The translations under genes and the position numbers were made by a program. From the NCBI RefSeq assembly GCF_001194135.2, contig NC_068981.1:160003473-160064239 (forward strand): 60,767 bases of DNA, written 5' to 3'. Positions 25,827 through 38,572 of this stretch are shown one piece after another. The stretch comes from Octopus bimaculoides (taxonomy: Eukaryota). A model generated the notes under the pieces. It was not told the origin of the DNA. It ran no database searches and saw nothing but the letters and a program-made list of their open reading frames with translations. How positions within the stretch are numbered: the first letter of the stretch is position 1; every line of letters begins with the position of its first letter.

Positions 25827-27205
25827 GGTGGTGGTGGTGGAGTGGTGGCGGCAGCAGCGGCAGTAGCAGCAGCAGTAGAAGTAGTAGTAGCAGTAGTAGT
25901 ATTTTATTAACATGCCTTCATTACACATCTAAATGCAATTCTGTGTTTTCTGGGTATATTCAGATTTATATTTTGCTTTGCCTTTGCAGAGGATTTTATT
26001 GTACTGAGAGCTTTCTATATAACTGTCTTAAAGAGTTTGTTACTCTGTATGTTGTATACATGTGTAAGTCTTGGGATTAAGTTAGTTATTTACCTACATC
26101 TGTTTTAATCATTCTCAAAGCATATACTACTATAAGTAGTGTTTCTGTTTTCAGTCTCTATCTTCTGGTTATATCTCATTCTCGATTTTTTCATTTTAAT
26201 GTTTCATTTCTTTCAGACATATATTGTTGCCTGCTGAATATGACATAATTTGGATCTATTTCTTTCTCTCATAATCCTTGGCAATAATATCTGGTTGATT
26301 TACCTTAATCAAGCAGAAATGAAATGGCATGTCCTAGAGTATTGCCACTTTGTCGTTCTCTAAGAACTTTTGTGATGCATGTTTGATCTCTATTCTGAAA
26401 TTAATTTTGTAATACTGGCATAATTTCCAGTCTATGAATGCTTCAGCCTGTAAATATATACATGCATGCATGCATACATGCATACATACATACATACATA
26501 CATACATACATACATACATACATACAGACACACACACATACACATACATAAATAGCAGACACAACCACAACAATTATTGTAGTAGCAGTGGTAGTCAGGA
26601 TTATATACCAATAAAATATGCCCTTAATGAAATTTTCCAAGAAAATTTAACTTTAGCTTTGAAATACTCTCTCGAGGAGAGTGTATTCTCTACCAAAGTA
26701 AATAAAAAACCACCAGATATGGTATTAAAAGCTGCTAACAAAATTGGTGATAAATATTTACAGCAGTGTGATGAACCCACATTCTGGCAGATTAATGTCT
26801 GTCTATATGCTCTGGCTACTAATGTCTGTCTATTTGCTCTGGTTACTACTGTAAAGTAGTACATGAATGACATTCAAGAAGTGAACAAAACTGAAACAAC
26901 AAAGAAAGTACCATCATGGGTTGTTTTGAAGACAGATAAAAAGATAACTGGTTTACAGAAGACCATCAGTCATGTGATGATGCTTATTGCATGCAAACAA
27001 GCAAATCACTATATGTCCCACAAACAGAAGGTAAAGAAGGAGATAGGAATGATATCTGGAGAAAGTAAAAAAAGGACACTCACTTGCAAACTGATTACCC
27101 TCGAGCAGGTGTTAGAAGCTGTCAGTGAGAAACTCCGACCTCAGAAGAGAATAACCAAGAGAAAAACAATAAACAAAAAATTTAACTGGAACCAGGCAGC
27201 AGTAT

Positions 27206-27585
27206 TGTTGGCACTCCGTCGCTTATGATGTAGAGGGTTCCAGTTGATCCAATCAACAGAACAGCCTGCTCGTGAAATTAACGTGCAAGTGGCTGAGCAC
27301 TCCACAGACACGTGTACCCTTAATATAGTTCTCGGGGATATTCAGCATGACACAGTGTGACAAGGCTGGCCCTTTGAATTACAGGCACAACAGAAACAGA
27401 AAGTAAGAGTGAGAGAAAGTTGTGGTGAAAGAGTACAGCAGGATTCGCCACCATCCCCTGCCGGGGCCTCGTGGAGCTTTAGGTGATTTCGCTCAATAAA
27501 CACTCACAACGCCCAGTCTGGGAATTGAAACCGCGATCCTCTGACCGCGAGTCCACTACCCTAACCACTGGGCCTTGTGCCTCCA
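27206..27585 (-). mobile_element. Full-length tRNA-derived SINE with 13-bp TSD
   Basis: A/B boxes (ggcccagtggttagg, ggtttcaattccc); caggcagcagtat duplicated at 27193 and 27586. Confidence 0.9.
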
Positions 27586-28121
27586 CAGGCAGCAGTATAC
27601 AGAGACATGAGAGGAGGAACAGTGAACATCACAGAAACTCCTTCATAGGAAGACATAGACTCCTTCTGGAGAAAAATCTGGAGTGAATAGGAGTTTGACA
27701 AAGATGTTCTGTAGTTGGAAGAAATCCGAAGAAGCTATTGTTCCTGTATTACACCCAAGACAACTAGTATTGATGGCGATACTCTTGCAACTGCGATCCA
27801 GAAACTCCAGGATGGAAAAGCACCAGAAAAAGACTTGATTGTTGGATATTGGTAAAAGAAGCTGACCTTCTATCGATCATATCTTATCAATCTGTACCAG
27901 CAAGCTCTCAATAAGAACAATAGCATACCACACTCATTAGCTCTGGCAGAGACAAAATTGATCACCAAATGCAGAACCATCCACATGGAAAAAAGCTACC
28001 GGCCAATTGCATGTCAGAACTTAATGTATAAGATATGTACAACATACTTAAACCTCTTCCTCCAGGATCATTGTGAAACCAATAGCATCATCACAGCAAG
28101 ACAAGCAGCTGGGAAAAAGTC

Positions 28122-28231
28122 TGAATATATGCCAAGAGTATGGATATATGCCAAGAGTCTGGATATATGCCAAGAGTCTGGATATATGCCAAGAGTCTGT
28201 ATATATGCCAAGAGTCTGGATATATGCCAAG
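28122..28231 (+). repeat. 19-bp tandem repeat, about 5.8 copies (tggatatatgccaagagtc)
   Basis: Read directly from the sequence. Confidence 0.95.
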
Positions 28232-28789
28232 CAATTGTTAATCAACAAAACTGTGATGTCAGAGGTGCGGGAGTATAGGAGGAACCTAGTTTCAATGTGG
28301 CTAAACTATAAGAAAACCTTTGACTCTGTTCCCCCCCTCTTCAACTTGCTAAAGTTCCAGTGAGCATAGTCAAAGCCATAGCTGATCTGACTTCATCGTG
28401 GCCACCATCTTGAAATACACAAAGTGTGACTGTATTATCACTGAAAGAATACAGTATCGCAAAGGCATATTCCAAGGGAACAGCCACTCTGTGATGCTGT
28501 TTATACTTTCTGTAAACCTCTTATCATTCATGATAAAGAAGTCTGGAGGATATGTATGTATACATACATACATACATACACTTTATTTCACGTTGCTCCA
28601 GTTCACTCAGCTGTAGAAATGAGTTGCGACATCACAGGAGCCAAGCTGTATCGGCCTTTGTATATCATGTGTCTGAAACATGATAACCACAATATTATCA
28701 ACCTCAGCAAGTACCTTCCATGGCTTGACCTGTTTCAGACACATGATATACATTTCACTAACTAGCACGTATGCAAATGTTCTAGGTAC

Positions 28790-28980
28790 AAGGCCCAAAA
28801 CTTTTGGGGAGGAAGCCAGTTGATTAGATCGACCCCAGTATGCAAGTGGTACTTAATTTATCGACCCCCAAAAGGAAGAAAGGCAAAGTCGACCTCAGCA
28901 GAATTTGAACTGAGAATGTAAAGACAGATGAAATATCACTAAACATTTTGCCTGGCATGCTAACGTTTCTTCCAGCTTAG
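28790..28980 (-). mobile_element. tRNA-derived SINE
   Basis: atcgaccccagta...ggcaaagtcgacctc...gaatttgaac core. Confidence 0.8.
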
Positions 28981-29518
28981 CACATAAGCAAATATTGCAA
29001 AACTTTTGACTCACTTATCACTGAAACAGCTACAGTATTGATGCATTTTTGCCTTATTCTTTGCATTTAACTCTATTTTTAAGTATAAACCTAATGCTTC
29101 TATAAAATCTCTCCTTAGACTTTTCCTACTACTTTTTGTAGTCTGTATAATTCATTAACTCTTCAATATTTGTAAATCTGTGTTTTGTCTAATTCTTTAA
29201 TCTTTATTTCTTTATCTAACATAATGTTGGTGGATTTAATTACAAATTACTTTGATTCATTTCTTTTTAATACCAAATTTCCTGTGAATTGCACAACTGG
29301 AATTGTGTAATGCAGACTCAAAAGAAATCGTTAACAGTACTTTTGAGTACACAAGACAATACAAGCAATGGCAAGCAGATACAGACGTGGGATGTTCTAA
29401 CCCAACCTAGCCAGTAACGTTTCTTTTTCTATTTCTTTTCAATTTTGTTCTAATAATTGTGTTTTATTTAGCTTTTTATTTATTTGTGGGCAAATGTATA
29501 CATGTGTGTTTTGTTTGT

Positions 29519-29520
<2 letters not shown>

Positions 29521-29566
<46 letters not shown>

Positions 29567-29567
29567 G

Positions 29568-29622
<55 letters not shown>
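29521..29622. repeat. (CAT)n microsatellite
   Basis: About 34 triplets with one interruption; source of the poly-His and poly-Ile ORFs. Confidence 0.95.
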
Positions 29623-29623
<1 letters not shown>

Positions 29624-30229
29624 GCCACCAGCATTGTCATTGTTTTAACGTCTACTTTTCCATCCTTGAATGGTATATATACACGTATTCACACACACAC
29701 AAACACACACACACACACATAAATACATACAAATACACATTATATATATATNNNNNNNNNNNNNNNNNNNNNNNNNNNNNNNNNNNNNNNNNNNNNNNNN
29801 NNNNNNNNNNNNNNNNNNNNNNNNNNNNNNNNNNNNNNNNNNNNNNNNNNNNNGTATTTAATTATATAAATATAATTATAAAATTATAAGGGTAACTACT
29901 GAGTAATGCCACATATTAGAAGAAGATGCCAAATGGCCCTAAAACTACCTTATTTATCACATAGACATGGGCTGAAAGCGAAGGAATGAACAAAAATGAT
30001 TTTAAAAAAAAGTTTAGCCATAGATCGATTTCTGGTTTAGGGATGTAATACCCTTTACTATCTTCAGTATGACATAACCGAAAGTACATAATGCAGGCAA
30101 CTCAAAAAAAAAAAGGTCAGCATGTCAGTGGGCCTAATTTAGTGTATTGTTGAGTGAGCCTTTCTGAAAGTCTTTTTGGGGCAGTCTAGAAACTTCCATG
30201 GATTGACATTGTCCAAATGCAAAGCTAAC

Positions 30230-30800
30230 TCACATCAATTCTGCACTGTCTCCCTGATGGGAAAACTCAAAATTATTTTCCAATCATGATACAACAATGT
30301 TGTCTCTTTCAGTTGCATAGCAATACAATATTTGTTCATATCAAGGAAACAATCTTGTACTGTACTTTATCTAGTCTTGGACAACATACAATTAAAACTC
30401 TCAACGTATTAATTGCTACAGTGCCTAGATACAAATACTCAGCCTCAGAAAATCTGAAGATTTTTCTTGGTATTCTCACATACATAGCATAACAAAATCT
30501 ACAACCTAAAGACTAGCCTGCCTTTTCAAGGCCAACAAATACTTCAGCTCTCAAACAAAACCTACATCTGGGACAATGCTGCTGCTACACTCATAAACAT
30601 CTGACACTACCTTAGAAAGGCTCTCTCACTAACATACTACATCATCTGCCCCACAAATGTGATGCCCCATCATTCTGTCTATTCCATTGGTAACTACAGT
30701 GGCCTCTAGTCCTCTGAGTTAGATACTTGTATATCATCTCTACCCAGGCCACCTGATAGACTCGTTTCTTCTCACCAGATTTTTCTAATAACAATGGCTT
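30230..30800 (+). mobile_element. CR1/L2-superclade LINE 3' remnant
   Basis: Similar to 33900-34300 (tcttggacaaca..aaaactctca, cacatctggga). Confidence 0.6.
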
Positions 30801-32616
30801 ACAGATGTTCCAACTGAAGGTCACCATACCAATCTTAACATTTTCAAAGAGGCTGCAAAGGTTGCAAGTAATTAGCTCTTTCTTCTGTGTAAATCATCAC
30901 CAATTATTCTTTTTTTTTATTATTTATTTATTATGTACTTTGTTTTTGTGAGTTGTGTCTATATAACCCACCCTAAAAATATTTTGGTCTGTCTCAGTCA
31001 TTGTACCCTAATGAATATGCTTTTGTTGCCCTTGTGGCAAAGTAAAATAAAATCACTATTATCTATCACATGATGTAATAATGATGGAATCATATGAGAA
31101 GATTAAGTGTAAAAGCCTCTTAAATCTGCTCAGTCAGTTTCAACTGGTTGATGGATATTAACCTGACCATTTCATTAAAATACAATGGATGTGGAATATT
31201 CATAATGTGTGGGCTATATCTTACTTAGAGAAAACAATTTTTATTAAATTAATAGACAGGGATAATGTAGGCAGCCTACTCTGTCTGCTTTTCAGATTAC
31301 TAGTCAACTTAATACTTTCAGATATTGCTATGAAATTTAGTTTTAGCAAACATGCCACAGCCATTTTTCAATGAGGCAAGCAGTCTAAGTCAGTAAGTCC
31401 TGAATTTGAGATCAACCTGACAAACAAGAACAAGAAATGGATAAGCATACAAGCATTTAATCATTACTGAAAACCAGAAGAAATGTACTATGAATAAAAT
31501 TAAGTAAGAGTAATACAGCAAACAGTCTACAATAATGTTGATTTTTATATAGACACAAAGCTGCAAATTTTTTGAATGTGAGTATAGGTCAATCCTAGTA
31601 TTTGACTCATCATTTCCACTATGGTCTGCTGCACCGCTTCCCTGATCAAAAGCTAATTTAACCAAAGTGAGGTTTGAAGACAGAACATAAAGGATCGTAA
31701 CTAAATAACACAAGGAATTTTGTCCAGTGCTCTAACAGTTCTGTCATCAAAAAGTTACAATGATATCATTTCAAATTTTGGCTCAATGCCAGCAATGTTA
31801 GGAGGAGAGGTAGTCAATTACATTGACCCCAGTACTTGAAAAAGGGTGAAAGGCAAAGTTGACCACAGTGAGATTTGAGTTCAGCATGTAAAGAGGCAGA
31901 AAAATACTGTTAAGCATTTTGTCTGAAGTGCTAACAATTTTGCCAGCTCTTTGACTTAGGTTAGTGTAATATAAAAAATATTAAAGAGTAAAGGAATTAA
32001 ACTGAAAATAAAGATGAAAACAGTCTAATCCCTGGATTTCCAGATATATCCTATAGTTTTGATATCAATTAGAAGCTGCACAAAGTCCAAATATTAGGCA
32101 CAGAAACAAGAAAACAACAAACAATATTTAGATTCAATCTCTCTTAGGCTGACACATGAAACATTTGCATACCTAACAAAATTAAAGGAAAGTTCTTGTG
32201 TCACTGGAGATGTTCGATAAATCTTTACAATTGATTAGTTTATAAATTTACTTTCACAGAAAACAAGCCACTTTACATTGCATAGAAGTGAAGATGACAA
32301 AACCCAAAAACTACACATTATATTTGAAGTAACAGAAAAATTATGTAAAAGATAAAGAAGTATAAAAATTATATGTTATACACAAGTTATTACAAAAATA
32401 TATAGCTGATAAAGGAACAAAAAAATGTACTATACACTATAGACAAGGTAGGAGAAGAAATGAAGAAACAGCATTCAGTATGAAAAAGAACATAAACATA
32501 ATAACAAAAACAAAAGAAATACGAAGAAAAATTAAATGCATTTCAATTGGGAAGATAAATACAACATGAAAATAAAAATAAGTCTCAAAGCAATTAAACA
32601 AAGGCATGACAAACAG

Positions 32617-32743
32617 CAGAGCTATATTTACAATAATGCAGAGCTATAGTTACATCAGGAAGTTATATCTGTAACATACTGCAGAGCTATATCTGCAAGA
32701 ACACAGAGCTATATCTGTGACACAAACAACAAAGTTATATCTG
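32617..32743. repeat. Degenerate ~22-bp minisatellite with cagagctatatctg core, six units
   Basis: Core copies at 32617, 32639, ~32658, 32682, 32704 and ~32730. Confidence 0.8.
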
Positions 32744-33004
32744 TCCAAAATTTACATTTGTAAAGAAAAATCTCATGTCAGACACAGTTATATGTTTTTC
32801 TAATGACAAAAGCAACAACATGCTTTTCCTGAAGTCTTCAAAAGCGAAAGGTCACTGTTCTTTCTTCTTTCATGGCTTAAACGGAGCAGAGAGGGCCATA
32901 TTCATTACCCTTTTTAAGAATCTTCATCTCTGGTGGATGACAAAAAGTGGGTATCCTCAGGTAGAAAACCTGGTTTCAGTGCTTTCTAACTTTACATTAT
33001 TTAC

Positions 33005-33034
33005 CTGCCATTGCACCTCCCTCAAAACTATCAT
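33005..33034 (-). CDS. Candidate 30-nt microexon (DDSFEGGAMA or MIVLREVQWQ)
   Basis: Acceptor tattttgcatttcag and donor GCAG|GTAAAT; length is a multiple of 3; locally GC-richer. Confidence 0.4.
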
Positions 33035-33149
33035 CTGAAATGCAAAATATATTTCTGTGCAACCTCTTTTGCCTATTAAAATGCAGATAATCTTTCTGGC
33101 CTTTTGTCAAAGGATCACCATCAAATTTGTGAAATCCTACCTATCTACT

Positions 33150-34330
33150 CCTCAACAAAAATGGCTTTGTAAGCAATACTTTTGTAGAGAATGCTCTCAT
33201 ATCTGAAGTCTGCTAGACATCTAACTGAATGCTGCATACACGAGGATACGAAAAACTCCACCAAAACTTCTTCATTCCATCAGGCCCACTTCCATGTGCA
33301 CTCATACAAAATATTAAAGCATCTCTAGTTACTCCAAACGAATATGCCTACCAAGCCCAATAGTGTTGTTTCCGTTACTCTTTAGTGCTAACCATTATCT
33401 ATCTATAATATCTATTCCAATCTTTAGCAATGTTACAATGTGTCCATTCCTAAGAAGGGCTATTTCTCTGACCCTGCCAATTACCAGCCTATTGCTCTGA
33501 CCTCCAAAATATCAAATATAATGGGGACAGTCATTGACAGCTCCCTTCTGTATTACCCTGAGTTTATGTCTTTCATTATTAACCACAAGTATAGTTTCTA
33601 TGAAGCTACATCTGTTATAGAACTTCTCCCTTACACTTGAGAAAACTATCTTTATCTCCATTCACCTCTAGCCTCTTGAACGCTTTCAATATATTTGTAT
33701 CATCTCCTCTGTCAGCCCTGGTATGCTCTCAAATTCTGTTATATCACTCATACTTTTCCTCTTCCATGTACACTTTCTTGCTGTCCACTTCTGTACAGAT
33801 GTTAACGTCTGCAAATAGGCATCATCCTCCTGTACCATGAAATCTCATGATAAACTTTCCTGTAGCTTCAAAGACATTCATCGACAGATATATGTTAACC
33901 TTGTCTTCAAAATCACAAAGATACAATCATTGTTTATTTGAAGGAAGCATTCTTGTACCTTACTCTATTTTGTCTTGGACAACACAAACTTTAAAACTCT
34001 CAGCATCACTTCAAATGTCAGGCTTCACATTCTCTGAGTATTTTCTTAGCATTCCTACATGTAAACATAGCAAATATTTCATTCAAAAGACTAACCTTCT
34101 ACTTCAAGGCCAGAAATGCTTTGGTTCTCAGCAGTTGATAGCTCTAAACAAAAGCTAAGTGAGATCTACGACATAAAATTGATTCCACATCTGGGAGAGT
34201 ACATCCACTACTGGGACAGAACATCAACTACTCATATGAACATTCCAGACCAGCAGTTCTGAGACTCACTATTATTAGTCCCAATTCCACAAAAAAGTAG
34301 TAGAGAGATATTATTGTCCCCTCCCTCTTA
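33150..34330 (+). mobile_element. CR1/L2/Jockey-superclade LINE RT remnant
   Basis: IPKKGYFSDPANYQPIALTSKIS motif. Confidence 0.8.
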
Positions 34331-34860
34331 ATTAGTGAGACCTGTATCCCACAGCAGAAGACCTGTACCCTGCAACAGAAGACCCATATCCTGCAGCAGA
34401 AGTGTTAAGACAGATCCTGCTGGTGATGTGAAGTGCTTGTGGCAGTGCCACATAAAAGCACCCAGCACACTCTGTAAAGTGTTTGGCATTAGGAAGGGCA
34501 TCCAGCTGTAGAAACTCTGCCAAATCAGACTGGAGTTTGATGCAGTGCCCCAGCTTGCCAAATGATAATGATGAATTGAGTTAGCATCAATATAATTCTT
34601 CTTTGCTATGATGTTGGACAAGTTTAAAACCATCGTAATGTTATTAAACAGAAGGTGGTGAGCCGACAGCATGTGAGACAAAATACTTAGCAGTACTTCA
34701 TCTGTCTGCATGTTCTGAGTTCAAATTCTGCTGAGGTCGACTTTAACTTTCATCTTTCCAGGGTTGATAAGATAAGTACCATTTGAACCCTGGGGTCAAT
34801 GTAATCAACCTATCTACTCCCATGAATTCGTTGGCCTTGTGCCAAAATTTGAAATCAATA
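34330..34860 (+). mobile_element. RTE-tailed SINE fragment followed by a tRNA-derived SINE
   Basis: ggaagggcatccagctgtagaaactctgcc; then gagttcaaattctgctgaggtcgac. Confidence 0.8.
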
Positions 34861-35214
34861 TCATTAAGCACTGGAAGTGGCATCCTGCATTGCCCTTAAA
34901 ACAAATGTGCATACTAATGAGCACACACACACACACACACACACATGTATACACATGAGCACACAGGCACGCATGTACATACACACACATGCATACACAT
35001 AAACACACACACACACACATGCATACACATGAGCACACACGCATGCATGCATACACATGAGCACACACACATGCACAAACACACACATACTTACAGACAC
35101 GTATGCACACACGCACACATAAATGTATTTGTGTGTGTGTGTGTATGTGTAAAAGGTAATGGTAAAGACTCCCATTGGTCATGAAACCATGGGATTACAC
35201 CAAGAAAGTCACTC

Positions 35215-35490
35215 TCCAAGGCACAAGTCCTGGCAAGGTTGTTTATGGCAGACCAGTAGTCACTCATGCATACCAGTTTTCCCTCTCCATGCCACCAATG
35301 TTATCCAAAGGAAAGGCAAAGGCCAATACAGCTTGGCACCAGTGATGTTGCAACTCATTTCTGTAGCTGAGTGAACTGGAGTAATATGAAATAAAGTGTC
35401 TCTCTTAAGAACAATGGTCCAGTCCAGGAATTGAACTCACTACCTCATGATTATGAACCCAGTGCTCTAACCACTGAGCCATGCACTTTC
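35215..35490 (-). mobile_element. tRNA-derived SINE
   Basis: Reverse-strand head ggctcagtggttagagc and B-box gagttcaattcc. Confidence 0.75.
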
Positions 35491-35905
35491 ACATGTGTGT
35501 ATGTATGTATGTATGGTAATTTGGCCACATCCTTTTCAGTCCTCACAGACACCACACCCCACCATCAAGGGAGGTAACCTATCCTCACTACCCAAGAAAA
35601 CCCGCTACACTAGCTTGCATAAAAGGAACATCCATGACTGAATAGTACAGAGTCACTCACCAATACACTTCCAGTTCTAACTCCCTTGTGGTCACACTGT
35701 CTCTTCACTTCTCTACCTATTCTTCTGTTATTTCAATGTCCTGTGAACCTAAGAGGGAAACTTACCCAACATGTCCGTTTCACCTTCTTTTATGGCCTAT
35801 ACTCTGTGTGTGTGTGTGTGTGTATCTGTAAGAGAAAGAGAGAGAGAGTGTGTGTGTGTGTGTGAGAGAGAGTGAGAGTGTGTGTGTGTGTGTGAGAGAG
35901 AGAGA

Positions 35906-35938
<33 letters not shown>

Positions 35939-36889
35939 TGTGTGTGTGTGTGTGTATGTGTGTATCTGTCAGAGTAAGNNNNNNNNNNNNNNNNNNNNNN
36001 NNNNNNNNNNNNNNNNNNNNNNNNNNNNNNNNNNNNNNNNNNNNNNNNNNNNNNNNNNNNNNNNNNNNNNNNNNNNNNNNNNNNNNNNNNNNNNNNNNNN
36101 NNNNNNNNNNNNNNNNNNNNNNNNNNNNNNNNNNNNNNNNNNNNNNNNNNNNNNNNNNNNNNNNNNNNNNNNNNNNNNNNNNNNNNNNNNNNNNNNNNNN
36201 NNNNNNNNNNNNNNNNNNNNNNNNNNNNNNNNNNNNNNNNNNNNNNNNNNNNNNNNNNNNNNNNNNNNNNNNNNNNNNNNNNNNNNNNNNNNNNNNNNNN
36301 NNNNNNNNNNNNNNNNNNNNNNNNNNNNNNNNNNNNNNNNNNNNNNNNNNNNNNNNNNNNNNNNNNNNNNNNNNNNNNNNNNNNNNNNNNNNNNNNNNNN
36401 NNNNNNNNNNNNNNNNNNNNNNNNNNNNNNNNNNNNNNNNNNNNNNNNNNNNNNNNNNNNNNNNNNNNNNNNNNNNNNNNNNNNNCTATCTTTGAGCTCT
36501 AGAATCACATTTTCTCTACATATTTAGAGGTGAAGAAAGAAGAGGAGGGGGAGAGGGAGGGGGAGAGGAGGAGGAGGAGGAGGAGGAGGAGGATCTCTAC
36601 ATATTTAGAGGTGAAGAAAGAAGAGGAGGGGGAAAGGGAGGGGAGAGGAGGAGGAGGAGGAGGAGGAGAAGAAGGAGAAGGAGAAGAAGGAGAAGGAGAA
36701 GAAGGAGAAGGAGGAGAAGAAGAAGACAATGATGATGATGATGATGATGATGATGAGGATGATGACGATGATGATGATGGTGACGATGATGATGATGACA
36801 ACCACGATGACGATAATGACGACGATGATGATGGTGATAATGGTGAGGGTAGTGATGTTAATACTAATTTGTATAGGCAGAGATATTAA

Positions 36890-37110
36890 ATTAATCATCC
36901 AGATATCATTGTTAACGACCATCAGGAAAATATATCTCTCCTAATTAATGTATCAATTCCAAAGGATGACATATCAGTGAAAGAAATAAAGAATCTATTA
37001 AAATTTAAAGACCAGGAAATAAAAATAATTATGTCTGTACTGAAACAAAGAAATCTCATAATAGTAGGTGTTCTGGGAATGATTAAAAGGATTTGCAAAT
37101 AAGTAAATAT
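36890..37110 (+). mobile_element. Restriction-like endonuclease of an R4/Dong-type LINE
   Basis: NHPDIIV...LLINVSIP...KEI..L.KFKD.EI....IIVGVLGMIK (PD-(D/E)xK RLE layout). Confidence 0.8.
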
Positions 37111-37337
37111 TACATTCATTCATTCATAATACAAGAAATTTGATATGAAAAATCTGAGTCGAAATTGGTAGGAAATGTTTATACTCACACATACACAACA
37201 TACAGAATATAGAATCACTATGTACTATACACATATAGTGTACAAGACTCTGGAAACAGCAGAAGTATGAAATAAAGGTAATATTCTCTTGAAATGATAA
37301 TAAATGAATTAATGAAGTCAAACTGTATGGTTTTGTA

Positions 37338-37546
37338 TTAATCATTTAGCATTTAATCCACTTATATCTGGCCCAAATATTCTGCCTTTTTATGTTAAAA
37401 CTGACTGGATTCAACCTCTCACACCTATTCTACAATGTCATTCTAAAAATATGCAAATGTACCAATGAAATCTTGAAATTACAAGATAATGCATGAATAG
37501 TTCAAAACAATGGGAATTAATAAGTATCTTGGATACTAAAGAGTTA
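37338..37546. mobile_element. TTAA-flanked piggyBac-type MITE
   Basis: Imperfect TIRs ttaatcatttagcat / atactaaagagttaa. Confidence 0.55.
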
Positions 37547-37916
37547 ATTTATTTAATTTACTTTCTGTAATAAATTGGCTATTGGCTATAAAGCTGATAT
37601 TCCTGTAGTAGACATATTAAATCAAGAAATTGGCGAACTTCTGATATTTAAGGTTGACACATCACCATCTTAACCCTTTCTGATGAACATTCATGAATAT
37701 AAAAATCCCTAAACAAGTTTACTTTGCAAATTTAGTGTTGGTAGCATATGACTTTCATTTCTTATGGAGGGAAAGAATGTCACTGAAATCTTTCTTTTTA
37801 ATAAAGATGCTCATGATAGGGCTAAAGGCTCCTCTCTACTCTGTATCAATTCTTATTCAGAGTTATTGTACTCCTAAATGTTTTAGCCTATGATGTGGCT
37901 TCAGAGTTCACATTTC

Positions 37917-38572
37917 TTACCCTTTTGATACCAACCCGGCTGAAACCGGCTCTGGCTCTGTAGTACAAGTGTCTTGTTTTCATAAGTTTTGAATTAAAAT
38001 CTTCCACTGAACCTTAGTCACAATTTATGTTCCTAAGACCAGCTTCATGATAACTAAGTTATTTTACTAAATTCTTTGTCTCCTTCATTGGACACGAAAC
38101 TCAGCTTGCGAAGACCTGTTGGGGCAAGCGAAAGCAAAATCGTGATGGCACTTGTGCCCAGCATCACCTTTCTGGCACTTGTGCCCGCGGCATGTGTAAG
38201 GACTTTCGAGCGAGATCGTTGCCAGTGCCCCTGGACTGGCTCTTGTGCGGGTGGCACGTAAAATACACCATTTTGAGCATGGCTGTTGCCAGTACCGCCT
38301 GACTGGCCTTCGTGCCGGTGGCATGTAAAAGCACCCACTACACTCTCGGTGTGGTTGGCGTTAGGAAGGGCATCCAGCTGTAGAAACTCTGCCAAATCAG
38401 ATTGGAGCCTAGTGTAGCCATCGGATTTCACCAGTCCTCAGTCAAATCGTCCAACCCATGCTAGCATGGAAAGCGGACGTTAAACGATGATGATGATGAT
38501 GATGATGATTTAAAATTAATTGAAAGGAACACAGAGCATCTAAAAAAAAAAATACAGTAGCATAAAGGTTAA
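37917..38572. mobile_element. piggyBac-type MITE interrupted by a SINE
   Basis: tta(c)ccttttg at left end and taaaggttaa at right end, on either side of the SINE. Confidence 0.6.
38080..38509 (+). mobile_element. Young RTE-tailed SINE
   Basis: Near-identical to 1-313; (GAT)n tail. Confidence 0.9.

Larger units (their letters stand above)
26590..28550 (+). mobile_element. R4/Dong-type LINE remnant (N-terminal region and RT), split by a SINE
   Basis: DIDSFWRKIW, KAPEKDLIVGYW, YRPIACQNLMYKICT, QLLINK and WLNYKKTFDSVP motifs. Confidence 0.85.

Noticed and set aside
27500-27585. tRNA gene
   Set aside because: tRNA-like head of a SINE with body, tail and TSD.
28122-28231. CRISPR-like array
   Set aside because: Head-to-tail units with no spacers.
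31390-31713. 107-aa ORF or exon (EAVQQTIVEMMSQILG / GSGAADHSGNDES frames)
   Set aside because: No clear donor and ambiguous frame; cannot be supported.
32617-32743. CRISPR array
   Set aside because: Eukaryotic context, degenerate 14-bp cores, spacers under 15 nt, and no cas genes.
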